A stretch of DNA of 64,000 bases from an uncultured Planctomycetales bacterium (GCA_964542785.1 CAZIUK010000001.1:197115-261114), one strand, 5' to 3'. Shown: positions 8,490 to 19,006, counted from the first letter of the stretch. Numbers and translations are program-made. Notes: generated by a model from the letters alone, not told the origin.

Positions 8490-9461
8490 ATGAATAGAAA
8501 GTTTTGGGAAAATAAGAGAGTTTTAATTACTGGCTTTGAAGGATTTTTGGGCTCTAACCTTACAAAAGAACTTCTTAAGACAAAAGCCAAGATAGTAGGG
8601 TTAGATATTAAAACCTTCCGTAAGGAAACAATTTTATCCCGCGATGATTATAAAAGGTTTACCGTATATAAAGGTAGTGTAGCTAACTTTAACCTCGTTA
8701 AAAAGATACTCCGTAAGCACTCTATAAACGTAATTTTTCACTTAGCCGCAGAGGCGACTGTTGGCAGTAGCCACAGCCACCCTCGTAAGGCGTTTAAGTC
8801 CAATATAACCGGGACTTGGGAGGTATTAGAGTCAACGCGTAACCAAGGGAAGATAGAGGCAATAGTAGTCGCTTCAAGCGATAAGGCGTATGGAAGCCAT
8901 AAAAAACTCCCTTACCGCGAGGATGCGCCTTTAATAGCCAACCACCCTTATGACGTATCCAAAAGTTGCGCTGACTTGATAGCGCAAACTTATGCTTATA
9001 CCTATGATTTGCCGATAGCAGTTACCCGTTGTGGGAATATATTCGGCCCCGGGGACTTTAACTTTACCCGCCTTATACCGGATGCTATCCGCTCTGCGCT
9101 TAAAAACCGCTTCTTTTTTATCCGCAGTAACGGAAAGTTTATACGCGACTATATCTATGTAAGCGATATAGTAGATGGGTATATACTCTTAGCTGAAAAG
9201 ATAAGAAAACTAAAACTTAAAGGAGAGGCATTTAATTTTAGCGATGAGAAGCCAAAGAGGGTATTAGAGGTGGTAGAAAAAATTTATCAACTGATGAAGA
9301 AAGAAAAGCGCTATAAAATATTAAACAAAGCAGAGTATGAGATAAAGAATCAATACTTATCTTCTAAAAAATCCAAAAGGATATTAGGTTGGAAGCCGCG
9401 CTATTCCTTTGAGTCGGGGTTAAAAGAGACGATTAAGTTTCTGCGTAAGGAATTATTATGA
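8490..9461 (+). CDS. rfbG: CDP-glucose 4,6-dehydratase
   Basis: FWENKRVLITGFEGFLGSNL Rossmann motif, YDVSK catalytic motif; follows rfbF. ATG 8490 preferred over the track start 8445. Confidence 0.85.
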   Translation: MNRKFWENKRVLITGFEGFLGSNLTKELLKTKAKIVGLDIKTFRKETILSRDDYKRFTVYKGSVANFNLVKKILRKHSINVIFHLAAEATVGSSHSHPRKAFKSNITGTWEVLESTRNQGKIEAIVVASSDKAYGSHKKLPYREDAPLIANHPYDVSKSCADLIAQTYAYTYDLPIAVTRCGNIFGPGDFNFTRLIPDAIRSALKNRFFFIRSNGKFIRDYIYVSDIVDGYILLAEKIRKLKLKGEAFNFSDEKPKRVLEVVEKIYQLMKKEKRYKILNKAEYEIKNQYLSSKKSKRILGWKPRYSFESGLKETIKFLRKELL

Positions 9462-10504
9462 GTTTGATTGAACGGGATTTAGCCCACATATTAGATAAAA
9501 CTAAATTTTTATGGAGAGAAGTAAAGGGAAAGAAGATATTTGTTACCGGAGGCACGGGTTTTATCGGGCGCTGGCTCTTAGAGAGTTTTGCCTTTGCTAA
9601 TAAAGAGTTAAACCTTAATGCCTCTCTTGTGCTCCTTACAAGAGACCCAAGGCGTTTTGAAAAGAAAGCTAAAAATATTGTTGCTGATAAGTCTATAAAT
9701 TTGCTCAAAGGAGATGCCGTAAGTTTTACTTTCCCAAAAGGAAAATTTGATTTTGTCATCCACGCGGCAACAGAGGACAGGTATCCTTTAAATTCTTTAG
9801 AGTTGTATGAGAGTAATGTAAAAGGAACGCAGAGGGTTTTAGATTTTGCGGTAAGGTGCGGGTGTAAAAAGTTTTTATTTACCAGTTCCGGAGCTGTCTA
9901 TGGAGTTCAACCTATAAATATAGCTAATCTGCCTGAAGATTATCCGGGGGCGCCTAAGCCAAATGAAATAAATTATGCTTATGGGCATAGCAAGAGGATA
10001 TCTGAGTTTTACTGCGCGCAATATGCGAAAAAATTCGGCTTTGGGGTAAAGATTGCTCGCTGTTTTGCTTTTTTAGGGCCCTATCTTCCTTTAGACTTAA
10101 ACTACGCAGTAGGCAACTTTATAAGGGATGCCCTTACTAGGAAGAGCATAATCGTCAAGACAAATAACCGCGTGTATCGCTCTTATTTATACTCTGCTGA
10201 TTTGGCAATTTGGCTTTGGACTATTTTGTTTAAAGGTGAGAATAACTTGCCCTATAATGTCGGTTCTTCCAAGCCGATAACTATTTTAGATTTGGCTAAA
10301 AAGATAACCCGTATTTTAGGAGTATCAAAAAAGATTGTAATACTAAAGAAGGGTAAGCGCATAAAGACAGAGCGCTATATCCCGGATGTTAAATTAGCGC
10401 AAACTACCCTTAACTTAAAAGAGTTTATTGGTTTAGGCCAAGGCATCCGCAGGATGTCAGAGTTTTATTCAAGCGCAACTTGTATAAATAGCGGGTGTCA
10501 ATAA
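9458..10504 (+). CDS. NAD-dependent sugar epimerase/reductase (SDR family)
   Basis: VTGGTGFIGRWL and the YGHSK YxxxK motif. Confidence 0.8.
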   Translation: MSLIERDLAHILDKTKFLWREVKGKKIFVTGGTGFIGRWLLESFAFANKELNLNASLVLLTRDPRRFEKKAKNIVADKSINLLKGDAVSFTFPKGKFDFVIHAATEDRYPLNSLELYESNVKGTQRVLDFAVRCGCKKFLFTSSGAVYGVQPINIANLPEDYPGAPKPNEINYAYGHSKRISEFYCAQYAKKFGFGVKIARCFAFLGPYLPLDLNYAVGNFIRDALTRKSIIVKTNNRVYRSYLYSADLAIWLWTILFKGENNLPYNVGSSKPITILDLAKKITRILGVSKKIVILKKGKRIKTERYIPDVKLAQTTLNLKEFIGLGQGIRRMSEFYSSATCINSGCQ

Positions 10505-10518
10505 AAAAAGGAGAAGAT

Positions 10519-11388
10519 ATGAGTGAAGTCAAGATTGCTAATGTTTTAGTAGGGGATAATCATCCTTGTTATATTGTCGCTGAAATAGGGATTAACCATA
10601 ACGGAGATATTGATATAGCTAAGATGCTCATTGATGTTGCGATAAAGTTTGGATGTAATGCCGTTAAATTCCAAAAGAGGACCGTTGGTGTCGTCTATTC
10701 TGCTGAAGAGCTTGCCCGGCCAAGAGAGAGCCCTTTTGGCTCTACTAATGGCGATTTAAAATATGGGTTAGAGTTTGAATTAGAGGATTATCAGGAGATT
10801 GATAATTATTGTCGCCAAAAAGGCATTGTTTGGTTTGCTTCTTGCTGGGATGAGGCATCTGTTGATTTTATACAGCAGTTTGATGTCCCTTGTTTTAAGA
10901 TTGCCTCAGCTACCCTTACTGACAGCAAGCTCTTAAGCCACCACAGGTCTAAGGCAAAGCCCATCATATTAGGGACAGGGATGAGCACGATTGAACAGAT
11001 TGACCGCGCGGTAGAGGTTCTTGGCAAGAAGGACTTAATTATACTTCATTCTACAAGCACGTACCCTGCAAATTACGATGAACTAAACTTAAAAGTAATC
11101 AGCGTCCTTCAAAAAAGATACGGGGTTCCGATAGGTTATTCCGGCCATGAAACCGGCGTCCCTGCCTCTGTCGCAGCTGCGGCTTTAGGCGCTTGTATGA
11201 TTGAGCGCCATATAACTTTAGACCGGGCAATGTGGGGTTCGGATCAGGCAGCATCTTTAGGGCCTTCGGGAGTTGAGCAATTAATACGCGATATCAGGTT
11301 AGTAGAGATGTCTATGGGAGACGGAGTAAAGAAGGTTTATGAGAGGGAGTACCCAATCCTAAAAAAACTTCGCAGAGTCCACTCTTAA
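10519..11388 (+). CDS. NeuB-family (N-acylneuraminate/nonulosonate synthase-like) protein lacking the C-terminal SAF domain
   Basis: CYIVAEIGINHNGDIDIAKMLIDVA..GCNAVKFQ NeuB signature; ends about 50 aa short of canonical NeuB; RBS AAAGGAGAAG before ATG 10519. Confidence 0.75.
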   Translation: MSEVKIANVLVGDNHPCYIVAEIGINHNGDIDIAKMLIDVAIKFGCNAVKFQKRTVGVVYSAEELARPRESPFGSTNGDLKYGLEFELEDYQEIDNYCRQKGIVWFASCWDEASVDFIQQFDVPCFKIASATLTDSKLLSHHRSKAKPIILGTGMSTIEQIDRAVEVLGKKDLIILHSTSTYPANYDELNLKVISVLQKRYGVPIGYSGHETGVPASVAAAALGACMIERHITLDRAMWGSDQAASLGPSGVEQLIRDIRLVEMSMGDGVKKVYEREYPILKKLRRVHS

Positions 11389-11393
11389 AAAAA

Positions 11394-13187
11394 ATGATAA
11401 AGGTCTCAGATTACATAATGAAATTCTTGGTATCTAAAGGGGTACGCAATGTCTTTATGCTCCCGGGAGGAGGGGCTATGCATTTAGTTGACTCCCTTGG
11501 CAGGTGTAAAGAGCTAACCTATACCTCTTTTTTGCACGAACAGGCATTGGCTATTGCAGTAGAATCCTTTAGCCAATTCTCAGGTTTTGTTGGAGTAGGG
11601 CTGGTTACTTCTGGTCCCGGCGGGACGAATACGATTACCGGAGTAACTGCTGCTTATCTTGATTCTACCCCTTGCATCTTTATCTCCGGGCAGGTAAAGC
11701 GTTCGGACTTAAAGTTAAAGAGTAGGCTGCGTCAAAAAGGCCCGCAAGAAGTGGACATTATCTCGCTGGTTTCTCCTATTACAAAATATTCAGTTATGGT
11801 CTTAGAGCCAAAGGATATACGTTATCACTTAGAAAAGGCATGGGTATTAGCAACAACTGCAAGAAAAGGCCCTGTTTGGTTAGATATCCCTTTAGATGTC
11901 CAGTCTGCGCTTATTGATGAGGATAAGTTAAAGGGTTTTTCTCTTAGGCCCAAAGCAAGACAGAGGGGTTTGACTAATAAGGTTAAAAGAGTTATTTCTC
12001 TTCTAAATAAGTCAAAATGCCCTTTGATTTTAGCCGGCAATGGGGTGAGGCTTTCAGAAGCACAAGAGCTTTTAAGCAATTTTATAGAGGTTAATCAGAT
12101 ACCTGTTTTGCTTACTTGGAAGGCAATTGACTTTTTTGATAGCGCTCATACTTTAAATTTCGGCAGCCCCGGTATTATGGGCAGCCGTTTTGCTAACTTT
12201 ATAGTGCAAAATTGCGACCTTTTGCTTATATTAGGAAGCAGGTTAGATCCCAGTATTACTGCTTTTAATAGTAGGGAGTTTGGGAAGAATGCAACAAGGG
12301 TTATGGTTGATATTGATAGGAGAGAGATTTCTAAGATACCTAACCTTGATTTAGGCGTTGTAGCAGATATGGGCGAGTTTTTAACGACTTTACAAAATAA
12401 CCAGAGATTGATAAACCTTAAGCCCCGCTTAGAGTGGCTTTCATATTGTAAGGGGCTTAAAGAAAAATACCCGGTTGTCCTAAAGGATTATTCCGATAGT
12501 AAAGATAATATAAATCTTTATTATTTTATTGATACTCTTTTTAAGGAGTTATCTTCAGATGATGTTATTACGCCTGAGAGTTCAGGCTCTGCCGGAGAGG
12601 TTACTTATCAGGCAATTAACGTTAAAAAAGGGCAAAAAATAAGAAATGCCGCGGGTTTAGGGTCAATGGGTTTTGGCCTGCCTTATGCAATAGGCGCTTG
12701 TATTGCCACAGGCATTAAGCGCACTATACTCATAAATGGCGATGGGGCTTTTCAGTTAAATATCCAAGAGTTAGAGGTTGTTGCGCGCTTAAAATTGCCT
12801 ATTAAGATGTTTATACTGGAGAATAACGGATACGGTAGTATTATGGCTACACAAAGAAATATCTTTAATGGTTTTTATGTAGGCGCTCATCCTGAAAGCG
12901 GGCTTACCCTGCCTAATTTATCTAAAATTGCCAATACCTATGGGATTACTTATGTAGAAGCAACTAACCATAATGACTTAACCCCTGCCATAAAACGTTC
13001 TTTGCAGGCAGACGGCCCTGTTTTATGCGCGGTCAAGGCTAAAAATCACATAACTTCTCCAAGGGTTCAATCATTAAAACTTTCCAACGGCGGGATGATT
13101 TCAAAACCCTTAGAGGATATGTGGCCGTATTTATCGCCTGAGGAGATAAAAGAGAATATGTTAAAAAAGGACTATATATATGATTAA
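11394..13187 (+). CDS. thiamine-diphosphate enzyme, acetolactate-synthase-large-subunit-like (YerE-like candidate)
   Basis: GPGGTNTITGVTAAYLDSTPCIFISGQV and the ThDP motif GDGAFQLNIQELE..ILENNGYG. Confidence 0.85.
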   Translation: MIKVSDYIMKFLVSKGVRNVFMLPGGGAMHLVDSLGRCKELTYTSFLHEQALAIAVESFSQFSGFVGVGLVTSGPGGTNTITGVTAAYLDSTPCIFISGQVKRSDLKLKSRLRQKGPQEVDIISLVSPITKYSVMVLEPKDIRYHLEKAWVLATTARKGPVWLDIPLDVQSALIDEDKLKGFSLRPKARQRGLTNKVKRVISLLNKSKCPLILAGNGVRLSEAQELLSNFIEVNQIPVLLTWKAIDFFDSAHTLNFGSPGIMGSRFANFIVQNCDLLLILGSRLDPSITAFNSREFGKNATRVMVDIDRREISKIPNLDLGVVADMGEFLTTLQNNQRLINLKPRLEWLSYCKGLKEKYPVVLKDYSDSKDNINLYYFIDTLFKELSSDDVITPESSGSAGEVTYQAINVKKGQKIRNAAGLGSMGFGLPYAIGACIATGIKRTILINGDGAFQLNIQELEVVARLKLPIKMFILENNGYGSIMATQRNIFNGFYVGAHPESGLTLPNLSKIANTYGITYVEATNHNDLTPAIKRSLQADGPVLCAVKAKNHITSPRVQSLKLSNGGMISKPLEDMWPYLSPEEIKENMLKKDYIYD

Positions 13188-13650
13188 GCTCTTATTACTT
13201 GATATTGACGGCGTGTTAACAGACGGAAAGGTTACGGTTGATTCAAAAGGCAACGAATATAAAACCATAAGCTTTAAAGATATTGATGCAATATTTGAGG
13301 CAAAGCGCAAAAACATACTGGTAGGCCTTATTACCGGCGAAGATACCCCGGTTACGCTTTTTTTCCGCAGGCGTTTTAAGCCGGATTTTTTTTACAAGGG
13401 GTGTAAAGATAAGGTAAGAGCGCTTAAGGAGATTATGCGCAAAACCAAAATAGGGATTAATGAAATTTGTTATATCGGCGACTCTAAGCACGATATTCCT
13501 GTTATGAAATTGATAAAGTTCTCTGCTTGTCCGTCTGATGCTTTAACTGAAGTAAAAAGAATAGCAAAGATACGCCTTAAATCTACCGGAGGAGAGGGCT
13601 GTGTCCGGGAAGTTTTAACCTATATTTTTAACTTATATATTGAAAGGTAA
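13180..13650 (+). CDS. HAD-IIIA phosphatase, KdsC/YrbI-like (sugar-acid phosphate phosphatase)
   Basis: LLLDIDGVLTDGKV DxDG motif; GDSKHD; 156 aa. Confidence 0.7.
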   Translation: MIKLLLLDIDGVLTDGKVTVDSKGNEYKTISFKDIDAIFEAKRKNILVGLITGEDTPVTLFFRRRFKPDFFYKGCKDKVRALKEIMRKTKIGINEICYIGDSKHDIPVMKLIKFSACPSDALTEVKRIAKIRLKSTGGEGCVREVLTYIFNLYIER

Positions 13651-13655
13651 AGCCT

Positions 13656-14774
13656 ATGAAGATAAATTATAATGATATTCAACTAAAAAAATATCTTTTG
13701 AAGTTATTTAGAGAAAAGAGAAATTATAAAAAAGAGCTTAAGGGCTTAATAGATAAATATAATTTTGTGGTATTTTATGGTTGTGGAATGATTTTAAGTA
13801 GTATTATAGAAACATGGGACAAACAAATAAACAGGAAGATATCTTATTTGTGTGATAGCGATAGCAGAAAATGGGGAAAGTATTTTCACGGGATAAAGTG
13901 TTTATCGCCTAAAGAGTTGATTGCTATAAAAAACGACCCTGTGGTCTTTGTTACTATAGGAGATTACAAGGAGGTATTTAATTCTTTGAAAAAGAAGAAA
14001 TTTCCCTCGGTAAATTTATTATATAAATATGATTTAGAAGCATCGCGTTTTTTAATCAATTGCAATATTTTGGATGTGGTCGGCAAATTGATCAGGGTTT
14101 ATAGTTATTTATCCGACGCTCAATCTAAACGGGTGTTTTTATCTATAATTAACCGGGTTTTGGATGAAAAAGCTCCGGTAAATATAATGGCAGGTGTTTA
14201 CGAACCGGATCAGTATTTTCCTTCAGATGTAATTAACCTTACAAAAAATGAGAGCTTTGTTGATATTGGCGCTTTTGACGGAGATACTATCAGGGATTTT
14301 ATAAAGAGGGTTCGGGGAAGATTTGATAATATCTTTTCCTTTGAGGTTAATAAAAACAACTTTAAGTTATTAAGGAAGAGCATTGATAATATTCCTAATA
14401 ATTCTAAAATAAAGATTTATAACTTTGGCATTTCTGATAAAGAGTATGATATTAGGTATAGTTTTGGTGATTCTCAAAGCACTATAGGTGTTGGAACCGG
14501 TAAGGGGCATGTTAAGCCATTAGATAATGTTTTATCAAAGAAAAAAGTTACATTTATAAAGATGGATATAGAGGGAGCGGAGCTCAATGCCTTGCGTGGT
14601 TCAAAGGAGATAATTAAATCCCAAAAACCGAAATTGGCTATAAGCGTTTACCATGACTTTAAACATCTGTGGGAAGTTCCATTATATATAAAAAAACTTG
14701 TTCCGGATTACAAGATTTATTTTCGTCATCATACAAACTTAGAATATGAAACAGTTTGTTATGCTATTCTTTAA
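13656..14774 (+). CDS. FkbM-family methyltransferase
   Basis: FVDIGAFDGDT and IKMDIEGAELNAL FkbM motifs. Confidence 0.8.
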   Translation: MKINYNDIQLKKYLLKLFREKRNYKKELKGLIDKYNFVVFYGCGMILSSIIETWDKQINRKISYLCDSDSRKWGKYFHGIKCLSPKELIAIKNDPVVFVTIGDYKEVFNSLKKKKFPSVNLLYKYDLEASRFLINCNILDVVGKLIRVYSYLSDAQSKRVFLSIINRVLDEKAPVNIMAGVYEPDQYFPSDVINLTKNESFVDIGAFDGDTIRDFIKRVRGRFDNIFSFEVNKNNFKLLRKSIDNIPNNSKIKIYNFGISDKEYDIRYSFGDSQSTIGVGTGKGHVKPLDNVLSKKKVTFIKMDIEGAELNALRGSKEIIKSQKPKLAISVYHDFKHLWEVPLYIKKLVPDYKIYFRHHTNLEYETVCYAIL

Positions 14775-14798
14775 TTATATTTTTATTTTGGAGGGGTT

Positions 14799-15854
14799 AT
14801 GACTGAAAAAGAGATAGAACAGGCAAAGAGAGAGAAATTGCGGAGAGAAAAGCCATTTGTCTTTGAAAAGGTTATTAATATTGAAAAAAGGCATAAATTA
14901 GGGTTGGCTACGCCAATAATTGATATTGCCTATGATTACCTGTGCAATCTTAAGTGTAGTCATTGCACTGCTTCGCGCTTCTCAAGGAAGGGCGGCCGCA
15001 GTTTAACTGTTGCTGACTTAAGAAGAATCAGCAATGAAGCGCATAAATTAGGGTTCTGTCAATTTTGTATCTCCGGAGGAGAGCCGTTGATTTTCAAGGA
15101 TTTAGATAAGGTGATATTGGCTTTACAGCCGGATAAGTTTCATCTAACTATGAGTACTAACGGGCATTTCTTGACCTTGGAAAGGGCGCGGCATCTAAAA
15201 AATCTTGGTTTGGATAAGGTAAAGATAAGTTTGGATGATTTTCGTGTTGAAGAACACGAAAAGAACCGCAAGAGTAAGGGAGCATATCAAAAAGCAATAG
15301 ATGCCTTATTTAATGCTAAAGAGGCGGGTTTAAGTGTAGTGGTTCAAACAGTTGTAACTCATCAAAATTGCATGAACGGCCAATTAATTGAGATGGCAGA
15401 GTTCGCTACGAAGAACAATTTTATTCTTGATGTTTTAATTGCCCGCGCTTTGGGAGCGTGGGAAGGAAAGCACGAAGTTTTAATTGATGCCAAAGATTCT
15501 GAATATCTTTTAGAATTGCATAAAAAATACCCGTGTTTACACCGTGATACTTTTCCTTCTTATGGGATGGATAAGGGGTGTAGCTGTGTAGATTCAACCT
15601 TGCATATTACAAAATATGGGGATGTTATGCCTTGTGCTTATATTCATATTGCTATAGGCAACATATTCCAAGAGACTTTAGAGGAGATTGTTAAAAGAGG
15701 CCAAAGTATTAAGCATTTTAAGAAATATAGTAGATTATGCCTCTCAGGGGAAGACAGGGATTTTATTAATAATTATATGACCAAGTTTTACGGCAAGCCA
15801 TTGCCTATACATTGGTCAGAAGCTTTTAAAGGAGAGGATTTTTGTGAAGATTAA
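14799..15854 (+). CDS. radical SAM protein with C-terminal SPASM/twitch domain
   Basis: CNLKCSHC CX3CX2C; C-terminal Cys-rich CSCVDS...GDVMPC. Confidence 0.8.
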   Translation: MTEKEIEQAKREKLRREKPFVFEKVINIEKRHKLGLATPIIDIAYDYLCNLKCSHCTASRFSRKGGRSLTVADLRRISNEAHKLGFCQFCISGGEPLIFKDLDKVILALQPDKFHLTMSTNGHFLTLERARHLKNLGLDKVKISLDDFRVEEHEKNRKSKGAYQKAIDALFNAKEAGLSVVVQTVVTHQNCMNGQLIEMAEFATKNNFILDVLIARALGAWEGKHEVLIDAKDSEYLLELHKKYPCLHRDTFPSYGMDKGCSCVDSTLHITKYGDVMPCAYIHIAIGNIFQETLEEIVKRGQSIKHFKKYSRLCLSGEDRDFINNYMTKFYGKPLPIHWSEAFKGEDFCED

Positions 15855-16866
15855 ATATACTGCCCTTAAATCAACTAACCGGCAAAACCTAAAGGAGATC
15901 CTGCCCCTTAAAAAGCCGTTTACCCTTTTGATAGAGCCATCTAGTTTATGTAATTTTAGATGCATCCAATGCTTTCAGTCTCTTACAATAGATAACTACT
16001 TTACAAGGACTAAGATGAATATGCCCATTAATCGCTTTAAGCAGATATTAGGGCAATTAAAAATCTGGAAAGGGCCTAATCTTAAAGTTCTTAAATTAAA
16101 CTTGTATGGCGAGCCATTTATGAGCCCTGATTTTTACGCTATGCTTAAACTTGCCAAAGAAGCGGATATCGCAGAGCGGATAGAGACAACCACTAATGCT
16201 TTTTTATTAAATGAGCGTATAGCCGAAGAGTTAGTGCGTCTTCAACTTGATTATGTCAGGGTATCTATCTATGCTGTTGACCAGAAGACGCATGAAGAGC
16301 GCACAGGGGTAAAGGCGGATTTCCGTATTATTTATGAAAACCTAAAAGCCCTTAAAAATATAAAAAGAAGGGTTAATTCTTTAAGCCCGTTTGTTAGTTG
16401 CAAGATGTTGGATTCTTTTGGAGAGGAGAATAAACGTTTTGAAGATACATACAGAGAGGTTTGTGATGAAGTTTACATAGAAAAGCCGCATAATTGGCTT
16501 AAGGTAGAGGGTGTAAACTTTATGCAAAACTATTATCAAGATGATATTAATAAGGCAGTTAATGATTTTACGGCTCATACCTCAAGAAGGATTGCTTGCC
16601 CTATGCCTTTTACTACTATGGCTGTGCGCTCTAATGGGGATGTATCTCCTTGTTGTGTGGATTTTATCGGCGGGACTAACTTAGGTAATGTTGATAAAAA
16701 CTCTTTAGAAGAGATATGGAACTCAGATAAATGGTTTGAGTTTCAAAAGATGCAGTTAGAGGATAGAAAGCAGGAGAATTACTCTTGCGCAAGATGCGAT
16801 ATCTATCTAAATGACTACTACACCTTAGATAATATTGATGGTTTTCCCGTTGAAAAATTAAGGTAA
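15844..16866 (+). CDS. radical SAM protein with C-terminal SPASM domain (GTG start)
   Basis: CNFRCIQC motif; C-terminal CPMPF...GDVSPCC...; overlaps the previous stop. Confidence 0.8.
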   Translation: MKIKYTALKSTNRQNLKEILPLKKPFTLLIEPSSLCNFRCIQCFQSLTIDNYFTRTKMNMPINRFKQILGQLKIWKGPNLKVLKLNLYGEPFMSPDFYAMLKLAKEADIAERIETTTNAFLLNERIAEELVRLQLDYVRVSIYAVDQKTHEERTGVKADFRIIYENLKALKNIKRRVNSLSPFVSCKMLDSFGEENKRFEDTYREVCDEVYIEKPHNWLKVEGVNFMQNYYQDDINKAVNDFTAHTSRRIACPMPFTTMAVRSNGDVSPCCVDFIGGTNLGNVDKNSLEEIWNSDKWFEFQKMQLEDRKQENYSCARCDIYLNDYYTLDNIDGFPVEKLR

Positions 16867-16901
16867 GTAAATAGGGTTATTTTTCTTAAGGAGGATACTT
16901 A

Positions 16902-17843
16902 ATGACTAATAAGTTGTTAATAAGCATAGTAAGCGGATGTTACAACGAAGAGGGGAATCTCCAGGAGTTTTATGACCGAATTATAAAGATTTTAAGAGGA
17001 TTCCCGCACTATTCGTATGAAATAATTATCGCAGATAATTACTCTACGGATAAGAGCAAGGAAATATTAAGACGGATTGCTTTAAAAGATAAAAACTTTA
17101 AGGTAATTTTTAATTCTAATAATTTTGGGCATATCCGCTCAGGATATAATGCGTTATTGCAGGCAACCGGGGATGCGGTTATTTTGTTAAGTTCTGATTT
17201 ACAAGACCCGATAGAACTTATACCGTCTTTAATTAAAAAGTGGGAAGAGGGATTCCAGGTAGTTGTGGCTTTAGGAAAGAAAAAATACGGAAACCCTCTT
17301 ATTCTCTTATTAAAGAAGGCCTATTATTACTTGCTCTCTAAAGATTCCAAAGAAACTGATGTTATACCGAATTTTTATGGTTTTGGTTTATACGGTCGTA
17401 AATTTATGCAGGCATTGCGTAAGTATAATGAGCCGGAGCCGTATTTCCGTAATTTAATCAGTGAAATTGGTTTTCGGCGTGCTGAGATTGAATTTGTTCA
17501 ACCGCCTAGAAAATGCGGGAACTCAAAGTACAACTTCTTTACTCTATATGATTTAGCCATGCTTGGGTTTATTAATCAATCTAAATTGTTGTTGAGATTG
17601 CCGGTTTTTCTTGCTTTTTTACTGGGGGGCATTAGTTTATTTTCAATTTCTATTATTATGATATATAAACTTATACATTGGGGGTGGGTTTTACCGGGAT
17701 CAATTTTATTTTTCTTAATCTTTTTATTTGCTTTTTCTGTGCAGATAATATTTATCGGTGTTATCGGAGAATACTTATCTGTTATTTTGTCTCAAGTTAA
17801 AAATAAGCCCCTTGTAATAGAGGAGGAGAGGATTAATTTTTAA
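16902..17843 (+). CDS. GT2 glycosyltransferase, polyprenyl-phosphate sugar synthase-like (ArnC/GtrB type) with C-terminal TM helices
   Basis: SIVSGCYNEEGNL, DNYSTDKS, DLQDP motifs; two C-terminal TM helices. Confidence 0.8.
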   Translation: MTNKLLISIVSGCYNEEGNLQEFYDRIIKILRGFPHYSYEIIIADNYSTDKSKEILRRIALKDKNFKVIFNSNNFGHIRSGYNALLQATGDAVILLSSDLQDPIELIPSLIKKWEEGFQVVVALGKKKYGNPLILLLKKAYYYLLSKDSKETDVIPNFYGFGLYGRKFMQALRKYNEPEPYFRNLISEIGFRRAEIEFVQPPRKCGNSKYNFFTLYDLAMLGFINQSKLLLRLPVFLAFLLGGISLFSISIIMIYKLIHWGWVLPGSILFFLIFLFAFSVQIIFIGVIGEYLSVILSQVKNKPLVIEEERINF

Positions 17844-17857
17844 AAAAGGAGAATGAA

Positions 17858-18997
17858 GTGCCGGTTTTTGCCTGTCGGGTTTGTAAAAATAATTTTTTTG
17901 ATAAGCCGTTATTATCTTATAAAGATATGCCTAAGGGAGCGCAGAACTTTCCGGATTCTTGCTCCTTAAAATCAGATGCAGGTGTTGATATATCAATTTA
18001 TCAATGCTCCGGGTGCGGGCTTGTGCAATTAAGCAATGACCCTGTTCCCTATTATAGGGAGGTAATAAGGGCTGTGGCTTTTTCAGATGTTATTAAGGCC
18101 GCAAAAACCAAACAATTTATGGATTTTATCAATAAATATTCTCTTAAGGATAAGAAAATCATAGAGATTGGTTGCGGCCGCGGGGAGTTTCTTTCTTTAT
18201 TAAAGCCTTTAGATGTAATGGCTTATGGTTTAGAGTTTTCAGATAATTCTGTTGGCTATTGTAAAAAAAACGGGCTTAATGTGCAAAAAGGATATTTAGA
18301 TGATAGCAATATTAAATTAAAGAATAGCCCATTTGACGCTTTTTTATTACTGATGTTTTTAGAGCATATGCCTGACCCGAACACTGCGTTAAGAGCGGTG
18401 TATAATAATTTATCAGAAGGCGGGGTGGGTATAGTTGAAGTCCCGAATTTTGATATGTTTTTAAGGAATAAGCTCTTTTCAGAGTTTGTGATTGACCATT
18501 TGCTTTATTTTGTCAAGGATACTTTAAGGGTAACTTTATTTTTAAATGGATTTGAGGTCCTTGAAAGCAATGAATTGCGCGATGATTATGTTATCTCTTT
18601 TGTCGTTAAAAAAAGAGCAAAAACAGATATTAAGCAATTTTATGATTACCAGTTAAAAATAACTTCAGAGATTAACGAATATATAAACCGTTTTGGAAAA
18701 AAGAGAATTGCTATATGGGGGGCAAGCCATCAGGCGCTTTTTATTATTTCTTTGACAAAAATATCCGATAAAATTAAATATGTCATAGATTCGGCTCTTT
18801 TTAAGCAGGGAAAATATACCCCTGCTACCCATGTGCCTGTTGTTTCTCCTGACCTTCTTGATTCTGACCCGGTTGATGCGGTTATCATTATGGCGGCTAG
18901 CTATTCTGATGAGGTATTGGGCATAATACGGCAGCGTTTTAGCAAAGATATATCCATAGCTATATTGCGGGATTTTGGGCTGGAGATATGTAATTAA
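17858..18997 (+). CDS. NDP-sugar C-methyltransferase (TylCIII-like: Zn-ribbon + SAM MTase + C-MT C-terminal domain); GTG start
   Basis: CRVCKNN...CSGCG zinc ribbon, IIEIGCGRGEFL SAM motif; length and architecture of sugar 3-C-methyltransferases. Confidence 0.7.
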   Translation: MPVFACRVCKNNFFDKPLLSYKDMPKGAQNFPDSCSLKSDAGVDISIYQCSGCGLVQLSNDPVPYYREVIRAVAFSDVIKAAKTKQFMDFINKYSLKDKKIIEIGCGRGEFLSLLKPLDVMAYGLEFSDNSVGYCKKNGLNVQKGYLDDSNIKLKNSPFDAFLLLMFLEHMPDPNTALRAVYNNLSEGGVGIVEVPNFDMFLRNKLFSEFVIDHLLYFVKDTLRVTLFLNGFEVLESNELRDDYVISFVVKKRAKTDIKQFYDYQLKITSEINEYINRFGKKRIAIWGASHQALFIISLTKISDKIKYVIDSALFKQGKYTPATHVPVVSPDLLDSDPVDAVIIMAASYSDEVLGIIRQRFSKDISIAILRDFGLEICN

Positions 18998-19006
18998 GTT
19001 TTTTAA

